Shown piece after piece: positions 47,010 to 61,228 of a DNA stretch of 64,000 bases. The first letter of the stretch is position 1. The number at the start of each line of letters is the position of its first letter. A program made the translations under genes and the position numbers. The stretch is from the human T2T-CHM13v2.0 reference genome, Homo sapiens. The stretch is from the NCBI RefSeq assembly GCF_009914755.1, contig NC_060934.1; one strand, given 5' to 3'. The notes beneath the pieces are model-generated. The model was not told where the DNA came from, did no database searches, and was given only the letters and a program-made list of their open reading frames with translations.

Positions 47010-47678
47010 CCTTCTTCATCATCTCTGTCCCCCGTTGTAAAAGGAGGATGTTGATCAGCAAAGGTTTTTTGGAAAGATGTTGTGAATCATAATCAGGTGC
47101 ATAGAACAATCCGCATACCACAGTGAAACCCTTCTTCCTCTTCCCATCCACCCACCTCTTATCAGACACTTCATGATGCTGTTCCCAGTGTCTCCTCCTA
47201 TTTTTTCTTCTCTCTTTCCTGTCTTTCTGTATCACCTTTTTTATTCCTACTTTTTTTGTATTTGCCCTCCTTGATACCAAAACTCAATGTTGCAGAAGCG
47301 AAGTGGAAAAAGAGAAACTGCGTCTTTATGGTTGAAGGTGTCAGGATGAAGCTGAAAAGATTAGGAGGAGGGTAGAGAGGGAGAAAAAACTTTTTTACCT
47401 TAAAGCCATGGTGGAAACCCTACAAAATAGAGTGCAATGTGCACATTACACCTAGCTGAAGTCACTTTCTCTTCCACAGTGGATAGAGCTAAATTCTGAT
47501 GATTCGCTGTAGGCCAAGAACTGTTTTCTGATGTCCAGCTTGGGTCCAACTATATCCTCACTCCCTCATCAGCCCAGCAGCTGCAGGGCTGACATTACCA
47601 ACAGGAGATGCACATACAACATGTGAACTTTAATCGCAACTTCTTTTCAAGCAAAACATTAGAAGTATATTGCAATCA

Positions 47679-48106
47679 CATTGTGGTTTTGATTTGCATT
47701 TCCCTGATCATTAGTGATGTTGAGCATTTTTTCATGTTTGTTGGCAATTTGTAAACCACAATGCGACACCCCCTTATTCTTGCAAAAATGGCCATAATCA
47801 AAAAATTTTTTAAAAATCGATGTTGCTCTGGATGTGGTGAAAAGGGAACACTTCTACACTGCCGGTGGAAATGTAAACTAGTACAACCACTCTGGAAAAC
47901 GGTGTGGAGGTTCCTTAAAGAACTAATAGTAGAACAACCATTTTATCTGGCAATCCTACTACTGGGTATCTACCCAGAGGAAAAGAAGTCATTATATGGA
48001 AAAGATACTTGCACACGCATGTTTATAGCAGCACAATTCACAATTGCAAAAATATGGAACCAGCCCAAATGTCCATCAATCAACAAATGGATAAAGAAAT
48101 TGTGAG

Positions 48107-48137
<31 letters not shown>

Positions 48138-48520
48138 TGCACACACACACAATGGACTACTCAGCCATAAAAAGGAACAAATTAATGGCATTCACAGCAA
48201 CCTGGTTGGAACTGGAGACTATTATTCTAAGTGAAGTAGCTCAGGAATGGAAAACCAAACATCATATGTTCTCACTCACAAGTGGGAGCTGAACTATGAG
48301 GACACAAAGGCTTAAGAATGATATAATGGACTTTGGGGACATGGAGGAAAGGGTGGGAATGGGGTGATGAATAAAAGACTACAAATTGGGTTCAGTGTAC
48401 ACTACTCGGGTGATGGGTGTACCAAAATCTCACAACTCACTGAACTAAAAAACTTACTCATGGAACCAAATACCACTTGTTCCCCAAAGACCTATAGAAA
48501 TAAATTTTTTTTTAAAAAAG
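47679..48520 (+). mobile_element. L1PB-like 3' end with 5' inversion (twin priming)
   Basis: Antisense piece 47679-47752, sense 47753-48520; TSD agtatattgcaatca / agtacattacaatca; ORF 47761-48105 is the ORF2p C-terminus (TLLHCRWKCKLVQPLWKTVWRFL). Confidence 0.92.
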
Positions 48521-50577
48521 AGTACATTACAATCAGTAGCCAATTATTTCAAAAGGCTTCAGTCACATGTAGTGTATTAAGGAAATAAAATGTAATATTT
48601 ACTTGGTAGTAGAGTATTGCATATGCATATTTTAGTACATGCATTTAAAGTTGGGGAATGAAAAATAGTTCCTGGGAGGCAAAAAAAAAAAAATCTTGGC
48701 TATTATGTTTTGTGGCTATATGGAGGGCCACATCACACAAACAGATACACAGTATTATCTGTGGAATTAAAATTTCATGGAAAGGGGTACAATTGAGGAA
48801 AGAAATACTTTAAAAAGGCACCAGTGGGGTGGGGGATTAATAATGAAAAAAGATTGAGAAATAACACTTTAGTGGAATACATTGGTGCAAATATGGTGGT
48901 AGAAAAATCCTAGAATGATCAGAAGAGATTTTAAGCTCTAGCCATTAAAATAATTCTGATGCCCTCTAAGGATTCAGAAGGGGCCTCAGAGCTGCAGGAA
49001 GACATCATGATTGGCAGAAGTGTTAAGATTTCCTGTAGGATGGGATTACATTAAATCAATGTATAGTAAAGGATACTACCTTGTGTTCTTAGATCATGGC
49101 CTGATTCTAAAAAGCCTTATTGGAAACTGAGAAATCATTTGTTAGAAGAGAGGAATCTATTCTGTGTTCTTGAATTAAAAATTATGCCCCATGAATTCTA
49201 AACTATAACAATAGCTACTATAAAATGATTGAGATGCTCAAATTCATCTAATCTCACATTCTGTCTGGCCCATTCAAGCACACACACTGCACAAAAGGAT
49301 GAGCCGTGGCCTTTCTTCTCTCTGCTATCTGTACATAGAAAGGAACATAGGAAAGATTGTGATCAAGTTCTGTCATAAACACTCAGATAGACACAAAATG
49401 AAGATAGTGTTCTAGAGAGAAGATCCGTTTAAAATTTAGTTTATTAAGACGAGGTAAAACCCCAAAGTTGAAAATAGCAGTATTAATATTCTGTTCAAAT
49501 CATCCCTTAATTTCTGTTTCAAAGGGGACCATAAGACAGCTTGATTTTTATTACAGTGAAGAAAAAGAAAATGACTCCTTTCCATTAATCAGAAAGAACC
49601 ACAAAAATAGGTTTCACTAAAAGCTAACACTGCCAAGTCCAAATGGAAAGTCTGATTTTGTCAAAAGATAAAGAATATCTTTAGAAATATTGTAATCAAT
49701 TCTGAAAAACCTAATTTTTTTTCTTCCTTAGCTTTTCAGCTATTGTGATCTTCAATCCCAAGTGCTTCTTTGAGCAATTTTATTCTATCCCACAGAAGAA
49801 AATGAACTATTTAGCTCCACACTTAATGGCAAACTCCATTTCGGCATACACATTAAGCCCAGACTCCAGCAGGCTCTGATCAATACGTTTGGTTATGAAC
49901 CAGAGCCCCTTCACACAGTCAAAGATCCTCACTGGTGACAAAAGACTGGGAGCTGTCAATGATTGATGCCCTCTCAGCAGTGCACTGACAAGCCAGGCCC
50001 CAGGAAACAGAGAAGAAAACCATATGAAAGTCCTTAGGGAGACGCTGACTGGCATGGACAAGAGATCACATCTAAAAGTCAACAGAATTGAGATCTGGTG
50101 CAGCACAGGGTAGTTAATGTGAAATCTGGACTCTGCCTACAAATTCTGCACCAAAGAAGTTCTATGAACACAGGGACTCTCTTGGACTCAGACTGGGGAA
50201 ACTGCTTCAAGGAGAGGGTCATGGAAGTTCTAATTAAGTAGAGTGCTGTCACCACACCTCTGCAGTCACACTCTGTAGCTGGCTTTGACTAGCGGCTGTG
50301 ATTGGACTAGTTACCACAACTACATTCTCCCTACTGTTTGCACTTAGCCTAACATAGCCTACAGATCAAACATCTAGAAGGGCAAGTGGTGATAGAGAAT
50401 TGGCGATGGCAAAGTTCTGATCACAGACAGTTCTCCAGTGTGACAGTTCTCCTGATTAAGATTCAGATTTATTTCACTAGACAGGTATGTAGCAATATAG
50501 ACAGGGTTCTTTTTTCTGAATGGCCTGCCAAATATGCAATTTTGCTGGAGAACTTTGAAGCACATTAAAAGTTTTGA

Positions 50578-50962
<385 letters not shown>

Positions 50963-53329
50963 TTAGCAGCTAGTCATGGATGGCTCACACAGTGAGAGGA
51001 GTAACAGGAACCTGGGTTCCTGGACTCTACACCTCTTCTGAAGTGAAACCACAAATAGGCAAAACAAACAAACAAACAAACAAACAATTCTGCCAATATG
51101 TGCACTACTTCATAGAGAGGATTGGAAGAGAAAAGTCAAACAGTCAAAAATGTTTGAATTAATGCCTGGCTGTTAAACAGAAAAAATAAATAAATAAAGA
51201 GGGAAAACATGTTTCAAGAAAGAGCTGACATGAAAGCTGGCATTTGATTTTCAAAGATTATAGGAATAAACTTGCCCTTCGAGACTATGAGATGAAATGA
51301 TTGTCACGCTTTCTAATGCATCTGCCCATCAGTCGCTAATGGAAGGACAGAAAACCCCTATTTTTCACTCAGCAACTTCCTACAGTTTGAATTCCCAGAA
51401 AAAATAATTACTGTTGAAACCAGATAACCCAAGTGAGAGTGTCTTGCACACAGTAGGCCCCTGATAAGAGCTAGTTTCCTTCCTAATATTTGATAGGTCA
51501 CGTTCCTTTTTTTTTTTTTAAGCACAGACACAGGCACGGCTATAGGAAAAGATGGCCAATAGTAAATATGCACAAATTCTCTCTCAGAAGACCTGAATAT
51601 ATTCCAGCACAGTGGCCTACACGGCGCTCCTCCAGTTTTGAGGTGAATTTTGATGCGCATTATTCATCTGTTGCTATTCCAGGAAATCCATTTGAGATGA
51701 TATTTCGCTGTGATTTTTTTCCCCTTCTCTTCTTTCTTTTTGATTTTGTTTTTAAATAACAACAGCTGTGCTCTGAATTCGCTTCCTTTTGTTCCTTTTA
51801 AAGTGGCTGGAATCTGGGAGGTTTGAAAGATGCTTCTCCATACCGCTGATCAAAGATTCTTTTCCTGAGAACTGGTTCACTCCCTAGCTATACATTAATC
51901 AAATCCTCCCCTTTTTCTCAAGTTCCAAAAGTGTTTTCTTTCCCTCCCTCTAGCTGTGAGTCTGATTCCACATTAGGAAAGTTGATGAAGTAGCTCTGTT
52001 ATGAGAGAGACCCAGAGGGGCTTTCATCTCAAAGGCCACAGATTCCATCTCGTTCAGTCAGACCTGTTTGCTAAACCATCAGGCCACGTCTTATCTGACC
52101 CCTCGCAGCCCTCTTCGTCGTGGGGTTTGAAGGCAGCATCTGAGAACTGGCAGTGACCAACCTGGCGTGTTTGTGAAGTGCCGACCTACAAGGGACAGCC
52201 TCCTGTGGGCCATGACCCTGGAGCACACATCCCAGATCCTCTTCCAAAGGACAACTCTTTCCTTTCTTCCCTGTCAGTCTCTCTGCCATTCATCTCTAGT
52301 CATTCATTTTAGTTTTCACAGTAAATTTTTGTTGATCATCTATAACTCCATTAGATCTGAAGCTCTCTAATTAGGAATTGTCTTGGTCACACCCAGTCCC
52401 CTTTTGTCTGAGTAGCATTAAAGAACCATCATTTCATCCCACAGAGCAAATGCCTTATGAGGTGCCCAACTTTTGACTTCCTAATCATATTCTAATTGAC
52501 TGCATTTGTGCTTTTTCTGGCTTAGCCAGTCTTATTCTGAGACCAATCATTCTAATTCACAATGAATAAGTCAATAAATAGATAGTATTTGCAAAACCAA
52601 GCATTGCACCGGTCCTTTAAGAAATGAGGAGAACAGGGCTTAGAAATCTGTTGCCTAGCAACATGGTACTAACTTTGCCTTCCATTTTCCAAACCAGTTG
52701 ATAGCCTCCTGTTGGTTTGTCAGCATTCCAATGCAAAACTTTTCCCCCTTTTAAATTAGAAATGAAATTTTGTTTTTTGCTTTTGGGTTTGTTTCAGTTT
52801 TCAGGGAATTGACTTTAACCATCATCACGTTTTCCTGCACTTCACAGTAATCCTGTTTCCCGGGTTCCCAGTCAATCCCGGTTTGTTTTCCTTCCCTGAT
52901 AAAAACTACTTCTATCTCCCAGTGAAGGACTATATCTAAGAACGATTTGCATATTTCTCAGAAAAGGACACAAGGCTCACATGGAAGTTTAATTGACTTT
53001 CATTAATAATAATGACACCAGGCAATTAAATGGCAGTTTATCCTTTGTACCATCCTTTCATGTCTGCTCATTCATTTAATTAAAATTTTAGATGCTTACC
53101 CAAACTTCTTTGGTTCATGATACCATGTTCCAGGTTTTTCTGAACCGTGGTAAAGGGTGGCCCTTTTTCTTGTTTTGCTTTAAATTAGAAGACGGTACCC
53201 TGCCACTGGGTTTTCACATGGTAATTCGGCATTTCAACCCAAGTCTGGTCAGAAATCTAGGAGAATATCAAAATCAAATCTTTTCATCTGCTCCTTTTTC
53301 TTTTCTTCAATGCTGAACTCCCTTGTATA

Positions 53330-53500
53330 GGTGATAAGCCATGGTGGTGGTAGGGGCGGGGGTTAAACTGTGCCAAGTCCCATTTCCATTTCTTCCTGCA
53401 GCGCCAGCCCCCGTGGGTCTTTGACTGACAGTGTCACCTAGACACAAGGAGAGCTGTGTATCCGCGGAGGCTCCTGTGTTCACAGTTATCTTGATGCCAT
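53330..53500. promoter_or_regulatory. Candidate enhancer motif cluster
   Basis: tgataag (GATA), ggggcgggg (SP/KLF), tgccaa (NFI half-site), cttcctg (ETS), tgactgacagtgtca (TALE) in non-repetitive DNA; motif evidence only. Confidence 0.3.
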
Positions 53501-54413
53501 TTTCTTGCTATTCAAGGTCTTTGAAAACTTCTCCAGATAGAAGATGAAGAGTCTCTGACAAAGCATTTCCTTATATTTCAGAGCACGATTGCTTTCAAGG
53601 TCACTATACGAACACATCAGCTGTGTCAAATTGGTTCACAAGGCTTAGTTTTGACACTGGCCTTCCTCACTGCACATTGGCTTCCATGTTGACTCAAATC
53701 ATGGACTCGTGTTAGATGTCGCCAACTTTGCAATCACAGTGATTTCTATTCTTTGCAAATTCATGTCAGGAAGCAATTTCCTGGTAAAACAAAATAAATC
53801 ACCAAGTTGATTTAAATCACCCACATCTTTTCTCTTCAGTGAAAATCTTCGACAGGGGTCTTGATCTTTGCTTTTGGAGGTTGGAAACAAAGCTTGAGCA
53901 TAAGTCGTCATAAAAACCATCCAGATAGTCAATGTAAAGATGTGAATAAATTAAGTTAGACGAGGGAATTTTCACTTCAAAGGTCTGTGTTTAGACATCA
54001 ACAAAATGTAAGAGAAACAAATGTGTCCAAAAATATCCAAATCCTTTGGCAGCTGTATTATTTGGTTTGTGTTTCAGGATATGTGAATATGTATATTTTA
54101 AGGCTCCAAACATGTAATGTAAAGTAGAGAAGGAATATAGTTAAATAGTCATGCCGACTTCCCACAATGCTTTCACTGACCAAGTAAACCTTAGTAAAAA
54201 GATGTTTCTTTCATTGTTTTTTTCTTTATTCTTTCACGCCAGAAAAAAGATTTCCCAAGAGTCTCTTCCATTTTACCCCCTCATCCTCCCCACAGCAGGC
54301 AGGTGGCCTAGCCATCACCTTCGAGTTTTTCATCTCTTTGAAAAGCAGGGGGAAAACATGCCTGCACTTGTGTATAGAACAGGAATATGCCACCGAATGA
54401 ATGCCCTCTGGTC

Positions 54414-54610
54414 TGGACCAGTTACATAATTTTTGAGTCCAAACCAAAATGAAAATGCCAGGCCCCTGTTTCAAAACTTATTAAGAATATTTAGGTGACA
54501 ATAGCAGATGATTCAGCCAAGCCCAGGCTCTTTTAAGCACAGGTCTCATGCCCTAGAAACCTGCACAGGTCTCATGCCCTGGGCGGACTGCACAGGTGTC
54601 ATATGCCCTG
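54414..54610 (-). mobile_element. MER45A-like hAT-Tip100 MITE with a repeated end segment
   Basis: ggaccagttacataattt ... caaaatgaaaatgccaggcccctgtttcaaaa matches reverse MER45A. Confidence 0.75.
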
Positions 54611-55054
54611 CCTCTGGCAGAGGGAGCCCCTCCCAAATGGGGCTGGATCCTCCAGAAACACACAAACAAAGCAGCCAAGGAGAGGATCTTCAGCAGGAGA
54701 AGGACAGAGAAAAGTGACATCACTGGTATTCTCCCTCAGCCTCCGTGTGTTCTCCTCTTTGTTACTAGGAGAGGCAGCTTGGGGTGAAAAGGAAAGCAAA
54801 AGAGCATTGATCAGTGTCAGGCATTATACAGATGGTCGTATTTAATACCTAGGATTGCGTTGAACCCTAGAACAACATTCTGAGGAAGATATGCCAGTTT
54901 AACAGTTGAAAGAAACTCAAAGAACGTTAACAACAAAAGCTCCCAAATTTTACAATTTTCTAGTGAGAGAGATTGTATTTGAATACTGGTCAGGCTTCTC
55001 TCAAAGCTTGCCCCACTACTGTCTGTAAATGCAGGAAAGCTTATCCATTTTTAA

Positions 55055-55770
55055 TTTTTAAAAAATTTTATTGATACAAATATCTGTACGTGCTTATGTG
55101 TAGATGTGATATTTTGTTACATGCATGGACTGTGAATGATGAAGTGGGGGCATTTAGAACGTTTATCACCTTGAGTATCTATCATTTCTCTGTGTTGGAA
55201 ATATTTCAAGTCCTCTCTTCTAGCTGTTTTGAAATATACAACATATTATTGTTAACTGCAGTCACTCTACTCTGTAATTGAATAGTAGAACTTATTCCTT
55301 AGGCCCAGTAGGGTGGCTCATGCCTGTAATCCCAGCACTTTGGGAGACCAAGGCAGGAAGATGACTTGAGGCTGGGAGTTTGAGACCAGCCTGGGCAACA
55401 CAGCAAGATCCCATCTCTACAAAAAATAAAAAAAAAAAAAATAGCTGAGCTTGGTGGTGAGAACCTGCAGTCCCAGCTATTCCAGAGGCCAGAGCGGGAG
55501 GATTGTTTCAGCCCAGGAGTCCGATGCTGCAGTGAGTGAGCTACGATCGTGCCACTGCACTCCAGTCTGGGTGACAGAGTGAGACCCTGTCTCTATTTTT
55601 TAAAAAAGAAAAACTTATTCCTTTATCTAACTGTATGTTTGTAACCATTAACCTACCTGCCATCATCCCCTTCCCTACATCCCCTTCCCAGCCTCTGGTA
55701 TCTTTCATTCCACTTGCTACCTCCATGAGATCAACTTTCTTAGCTCCCATATGTAAAAGGGAATGTGATA
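55055..55770 (-). mobile_element. L1MA 3'UTR interrupted by AluJ
   Basis: ctcttctagctgttttgaaatatacaa, acctccatgagatcaactttcttagctcccatatg. Confidence 0.88.
55302..55611 (+). mobile_element. AluJ inside L1MA
   Basis: TSD aacttattcctt at 55289-55300 and 55612-55623. Confidence 0.93.
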
Positions 55771-56035
55771 TTTGTTTTTCTGTGCCCAAGGAAAAGGCTA
55801 TTCTTAGCAATTCTTTGCCATGGGACAAGCCTATTACATACAGTGAAAGAGGAAAACCAATGAGGCAATAAGAATGTTCTTCAAACAGCATCACAGTGCT
55901 CCTCTAACCTAGTGCCTGCTCCCTCCGATTGCACCACACCCTTTGTCTGACCACTCACAGCTTTCCCAGCCAAACCCTAGGCCTTTCTCAAACTTTCCAC
56001 CCATCAAAATGTTCCATGTTTCCTCTCATGGAAAG

Positions 56036-56766
56036 AGTAAAAAGAAAGTAAAATTTTAGGACTTTCTAGATTTATTATGCCAAGGGGAAAAGTTAAACCC
56101 TGGAAACTGAGTCACATAATATGGCGGTTTTTCTTCTTTGGGGCATGAGTGACCGTGGCTTCCTGACCTTTGTGTTGAGTGAGATATTTTACAGCAGGGG
56201 TGGCCAATCTTTTGGCTTCCCTGGGCCACGTTGGAAGAAGAATTGTCTTGGGCCACACATAAAATACACTAATACTAACGATAGTTGATGAGCTAAAAAA
56301 AAAAAAAAATACAGCACAAAAAAAAAAAATCTCATAACGTTTTAAGAAAGTTTACAAATTTGTTTTGGGGTGCATTCAAAGCCGTCCTGGGCCACAGGGT
56401 TGGACAAGCTTGTTACAGATGAACCAGGCTCTCTGTTCTTCATTCAAACCTAGACTTAATGATGTTGGCGATAGAGACCCTTGTGACTGGTATCTCTTTA
56501 TAACAGAAAGTTAAGCAACTCCCTTAGAGTGTAATCAATTGTAGCCAATCACATCCTGTATCTATATGTTAGCCTTTGTATGGAAAACGTTGTAATTCTG
56601 TCAGCACCTCAATTTTTGTCTATATAAACGATCTTCATTTTCCCTACATGAGGAGCGCTGGTCCATTTTTTAATGTCCATGTGTCTGGGACAGCTGCCCT
56701 CACACTTTGAACATGAGTATACTCTTTTAAGTGGATCCTGGGCCTTTTGATTATTTTAGGTTGACA
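56036..56766 (+). mobile_element. MER4-group ERV1 solo LTR (family unresolved) interrupted by MER30
   Basis: Start gtaaaagaaagtaaaattttaggac ... gccaaggggaaaagttaa ... actgagtca; tatataaa; end ttttaggttgaca. Confidence 0.65.
56195..56412. mobile_element. MER30 hAT MITE
   Basis: caggggtggccaatcttttggcttccctgggccac ... ggttggacaagcttg; ttacag on both flanks. Confidence 0.9.
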
Positions 56767-57388
56767 AAGGGAAGGGTATCACCAGCGTTAACTGATCAGA
56801 TCAACATGTCCCTGAGTCAATGCCTTAACTCAACCCCAAAACCTGAATAATGTGTGACTTTTAAGGCTTTGTAGGGAGACCAATGAAGTGAGCCTTCTTT
56901 TTTCCTCTGAAGGATGCTTTTCCATATCCCTCAAATTATACCTCCTGGTTACCTTAGGCCTCTTGTGTCAATAGCATTTTTATCCATATAAAACAAAATA
57001 AATGATTTAGCCACGATGATCAGATTTATAGGTGAGGTAACAGGTTGTAGGAAATAACTTTGGGTAACACTGAGCTTTCCCAGGAAAGCAATAAAATGCT
57101 TTCCTTCTGATCTGTAATATCCTGTATCCTGTTAGTGCCAGCCCTGCAGTGAACAAACTTGTCACTTCTGCCAAATTTCATGGTCAGTGATGCTGCGATA
57201 TGGAGAGATGTCCAGGATGGATTAAAATGAAATCATCAACGACCTTACATTGACGACCTGTGACAGACTTGGACCGGCTCTCCCAAAAGCACATTCATAA
57301 GTCAAACCACTTCACTATGAGTCCACTAAAACAGTGTGAAAATACATGGGAAAGCATTTGTATAAAAGCTTACTGAGAATACTCATCA

Positions 57389-57706
<318 letters not shown>

Positions 57707-59227
57707 TCAATATTCTCCTTACTAGAGATAATAGACTTTTATCTCTCAGGGTTTCCTGATTTTAATATTCAAATATTTGTATTTGACAAGAAGCCATATT
57801 GTTATCAAGCCTGGTACATGCACAAATTTCAAACACATAGAAAAGAATACTCCATTTATATCTGGCTTTGGAATTTGATCTTACCCTTGAATGTGTACAT
57901 GGTTATGTGTGATATTCTAAGAAATGACTTCTAACAAGATAAATAAGTCACACTATGCAGGTCTGATCCAGAAGAAACCAGAAGAATTTCCTAATCTTGT
58001 TCTTTCTGCTCATTCTCTGCAACATTTGCCATAATTTGCCTTCTCTTGCAACTCTTTTCTTGACTTCTTGAACAGTGATTAATCTTTTCCTCTCCTAGTC
58101 TCTTTCTTCTTTGAGGTTCCTTTTCCTTTCCTCTGCCCTCCAAAGGTGATCGTGGTTCTCTCCTCCTTCTTTCTTTCTTACTACATCAGTTATTTCTCAT
58201 AGCTACTTGTCACAATGTCAATTTATCACCTCAGCTCCAAACCCGTCTCCAACTCTCATCTCTACCGACATGAAACCCTGCATTTCCAATCATCTGCATT
58301 ACCTCTTTTCACCATGAGTTCTAGAAATCTCAAACAAAACTCTGAAGGCTGAACACTGCTTAAGGAGAAAAAATGTCCCTGTTGTTGGTTTTATCTAATC
58401 TTGAGCTAAATGTTCCCTTGGCAAGGTGAGGTAAAGAGGATCTGAACACTGGAAGTGAGGTTGGACTGAGGAGCTTTGGTTAAGGTCCCATCAATAGGGA
58501 AACAGGGAGAGAGGGAGAGGGGAGAAGGAGAGAGAAGAGATAGAGATTGCTTCACCTGGAGAGAGCACAGAACTGGGTCTCGGAAAGTGAATAGGATTTT
58601 TTTTCAAATGAAAGGAAGGCTGTTACAGGTAGAGTGACTGACACATCTAAGACCTGAGGGAACAAGAGAATGTTTTAATATGTACCTTTGAAATCACCCA
58701 AGATTAAATGATGCTTAATGTAATTTTAACATTGAATAAATTGCATTTTAATTATTTAGAATTTTTAAATATTATAAGGGAGCAGTATTCCCAGAAAAAA
58801 AAGGCGATACATTTTTCACTGTTTTATTTTTTGAACCAGAAAGTGCTGGCAGTTCTCTATGAAGACATCAATTCACCAGTGAAGTGTATCTTCTTTGACC
58901 TGGCAAGTCACCAGAATGACCCCTGCTTACTGAGATTTAGAGAAGGGCTAAGATTGGTGGAAAGATGTCCTGGTGCCCCAGAGAGGAGACGTTGTGTGTG
59001 AGTTAACTGAAAGATAACTGCCAGTGGAGATGTTAGGGGGTGATGCCGACTTTACATTGAGAACCCTGGCTGTGCTTGAGACTGGGGAGAAGCGATGGCT
59101 GTGGCGTTAGTCACTCTGAATACTGCTGCAAAGAACATACTTTGGTTCAAGCTACCAAGTCCAATCAATTCAGTGGTCCAATCTATTCAGTGCTACCAAA
59201 GACTGAATATGTAAAAGATGGAAGGAA

Positions 59228-60990
59228 ACCCTTCCAGGAAAGAAATCTGGCAACATGTATCAGAAACTTTAAAAAAAAAGGTTTATTTCTTTTGGCCCAA
59301 TAATCCAACTTCTAGACCCAAAATGATTCAAAATGTGGCCAAAGAAGGCAACAGAAATATTATTAATGAATTCATTATCATAACAAAGCAATCTAAAAAC
59401 AATTGGAAGCAACCTTATGGCCTGACATTTTGGTTATGGTTGTGTAAATTATGAAACATCCCTAAAATAAAGCATTTAGATGCAGTCATCTGAAGTAGTG
59501 CTTATGAAGAGCTTGTTGAAACGATAGAAGATCTTCATGATATTATGCTAAATTAAGGAAAAAATCAGTTTCTGACTGTGTATAGAGCATGATCTCAATT
59601 AGCCAGTGATGCCTCCTGTTGCCTTTGCCATCTCTTCCTCCTCTCCCTGTATATCAAATCACTTGACAGTAACTTCCACCTGTGCAGAAATCTTGTCTGT
59701 GTATCAGTAATGAATACAGTGACTCACACAGAGTAAGCACTGGGTAAATACCTTTTAATACCTTTTGATGAATAAATTAACTTTGTAAACAATACATACA
59801 TACTCTTTGCTAAGCTCTTAATATTTGGATAAACTGAAGGCCTAGCCCATTAAAAGAAAAGCCTGATTATTAGTTTTTCAGGCACATAGTAGAGTTCAAA
59901 GAATGATGCCAAAGAATCATTACCTCCAAGTGCCGAGACCAGCTGGGTCAGGGAGACCCTAACCCAGCGGCGCTAGAGGAATTAAAAACACACACACAGA
60001 AATATAGAGCTGTGAAGTGGAAATCAGGGATCTCATAGGCTTCAGAGCTGAGAGCCCCGAACAGAGATTTACCCACATATTTATTAACAGCAAACCAGTC
60101 GTTAGCATTGTTTCTATAGATATTAAATTAACTAAAAGTATCCCTTAAGGGAAACAAAGGGATGGGCCGAATTAATTGCAGCAGGAACATGCCCTTAAGA
60201 CACAGATCGCTCATGCTTTTGTTTGTGGCTTAAGAATGCCTTTAAGCAGTTTTCTGCCCTGGGCAGGCCAGGTGTTCGTTGCCCTCATTCCCGTAAACCC
60301 ACAACCTTCCAGCTTGGGCGTTAGGGCCGTTAGGGCCGTTTACGGACATGTTACAGTGCTGCAGAGATTTTGTTTATGGCCAGTCTTGGGGCCAGTTTAT
60401 GGCCACATTTTGGGGGGCTTGCTCCCAACATCCAAGTTTTTACGGAGAATTCCAAGAGGCAAAGAATAAGAACACAAGCCAGGACTCCTCCTCTTCTCTC
60501 ACATGCCCCTTACTCCCCAGATCACTCAACTCTTCACCATTCCCCAGATTCCATTTTCCACTTGGATTTTCTCTTTCCCAGTCAAGCCGTGGGGTGAGAC
60601 ATTTACAAGAAAAAAAAAAGACTTCTATTACAAAGTGGATCTGCTAAAAGATAATTATCTTTTAGCATAACTCTACTATACTAAAAGAGTCACTATTTTA
60701 TTTTCCCCTGCCTTACCAAACACCTCCTTTTGTTCTGTAATGTGTCACTTGTTTGGGTCAGCATTTCCATCAGTGCTAGCAAGGACTGAATATGTAAAAG
60801 AAGGAAGGAAACCCTTCATTGTAATGAATTTAAATGCCTTGTGAAACTGGTAGGAGATTTATATACCAAAATAGCAAGAGTGCTTTCCTCTGGGCATTAA
60901 GATTCCAAATAATTGTTAATTGTATTTATACATACACACTTTTGTTTCCATTTCCTACTATTGGTATATAAAAATTTAAAAAAAAAATAA
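59228..60990 (+). mobile_element. Fragmented old L1ME 3' end (pieces about 59228-59600 and 60850-60990)
   Basis: aaatctggcaacatgtatca ... ttttggcccaataatccaacttctag; ataccaaaatagcaagagtgctttcctctggg. Confidence 0.5.
59931..60430 (-). mobile_element. MER9 (HERV-K HML-3) solo LTR
   Basis: tgccgagaccagct ... ggggggcttgctcccaaca, 500 bp; perfect 6-bp TSD tccaag, the size expected for ERVK. Confidence 0.93.
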
Positions 60991-61228
60991 ACATTCTACA
61001 GCTATTGACAACATTTGCAACAATGTTCAACATCGTTCTCTGTTGGTCCACAAGTGCATTAAAAGAAACTATAATATAGAGAAGAAAATTAAGCGGCCAT
61101 TAAGACACCCCTACAGAGCAATGTTTTCTTTGAACCAAATCTGAACAGAATCTCACATCACCTTCTTTATGTGCTCCAATTAGATCATACCTCCTAAATT
61201 ATTTTAAGGCAACACACACCTTGTACAG

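Noticed and set aside
47761-48105. 114-aa ORF with real protein similarity
   Set aside because: C-terminal fragment of L1 ORF2p in a truncated element, not a host gene
48640-48870. Possible Charlie-type DNA transposon remnant
   Set aside because: Similarity too weak to name or bound without a Dfam search
53399-53417. Possible CTCF site
   Set aside because: Spacing between the ccac and ggcgctg parts is 2 nt too long for the core motif
54537-54610. Repeat-spacer pattern resembling a CRISPR mini-array
   Set aside because: Spacers only 8-9 nt, inside a MER45A end, eukaryotic context, no cas genes
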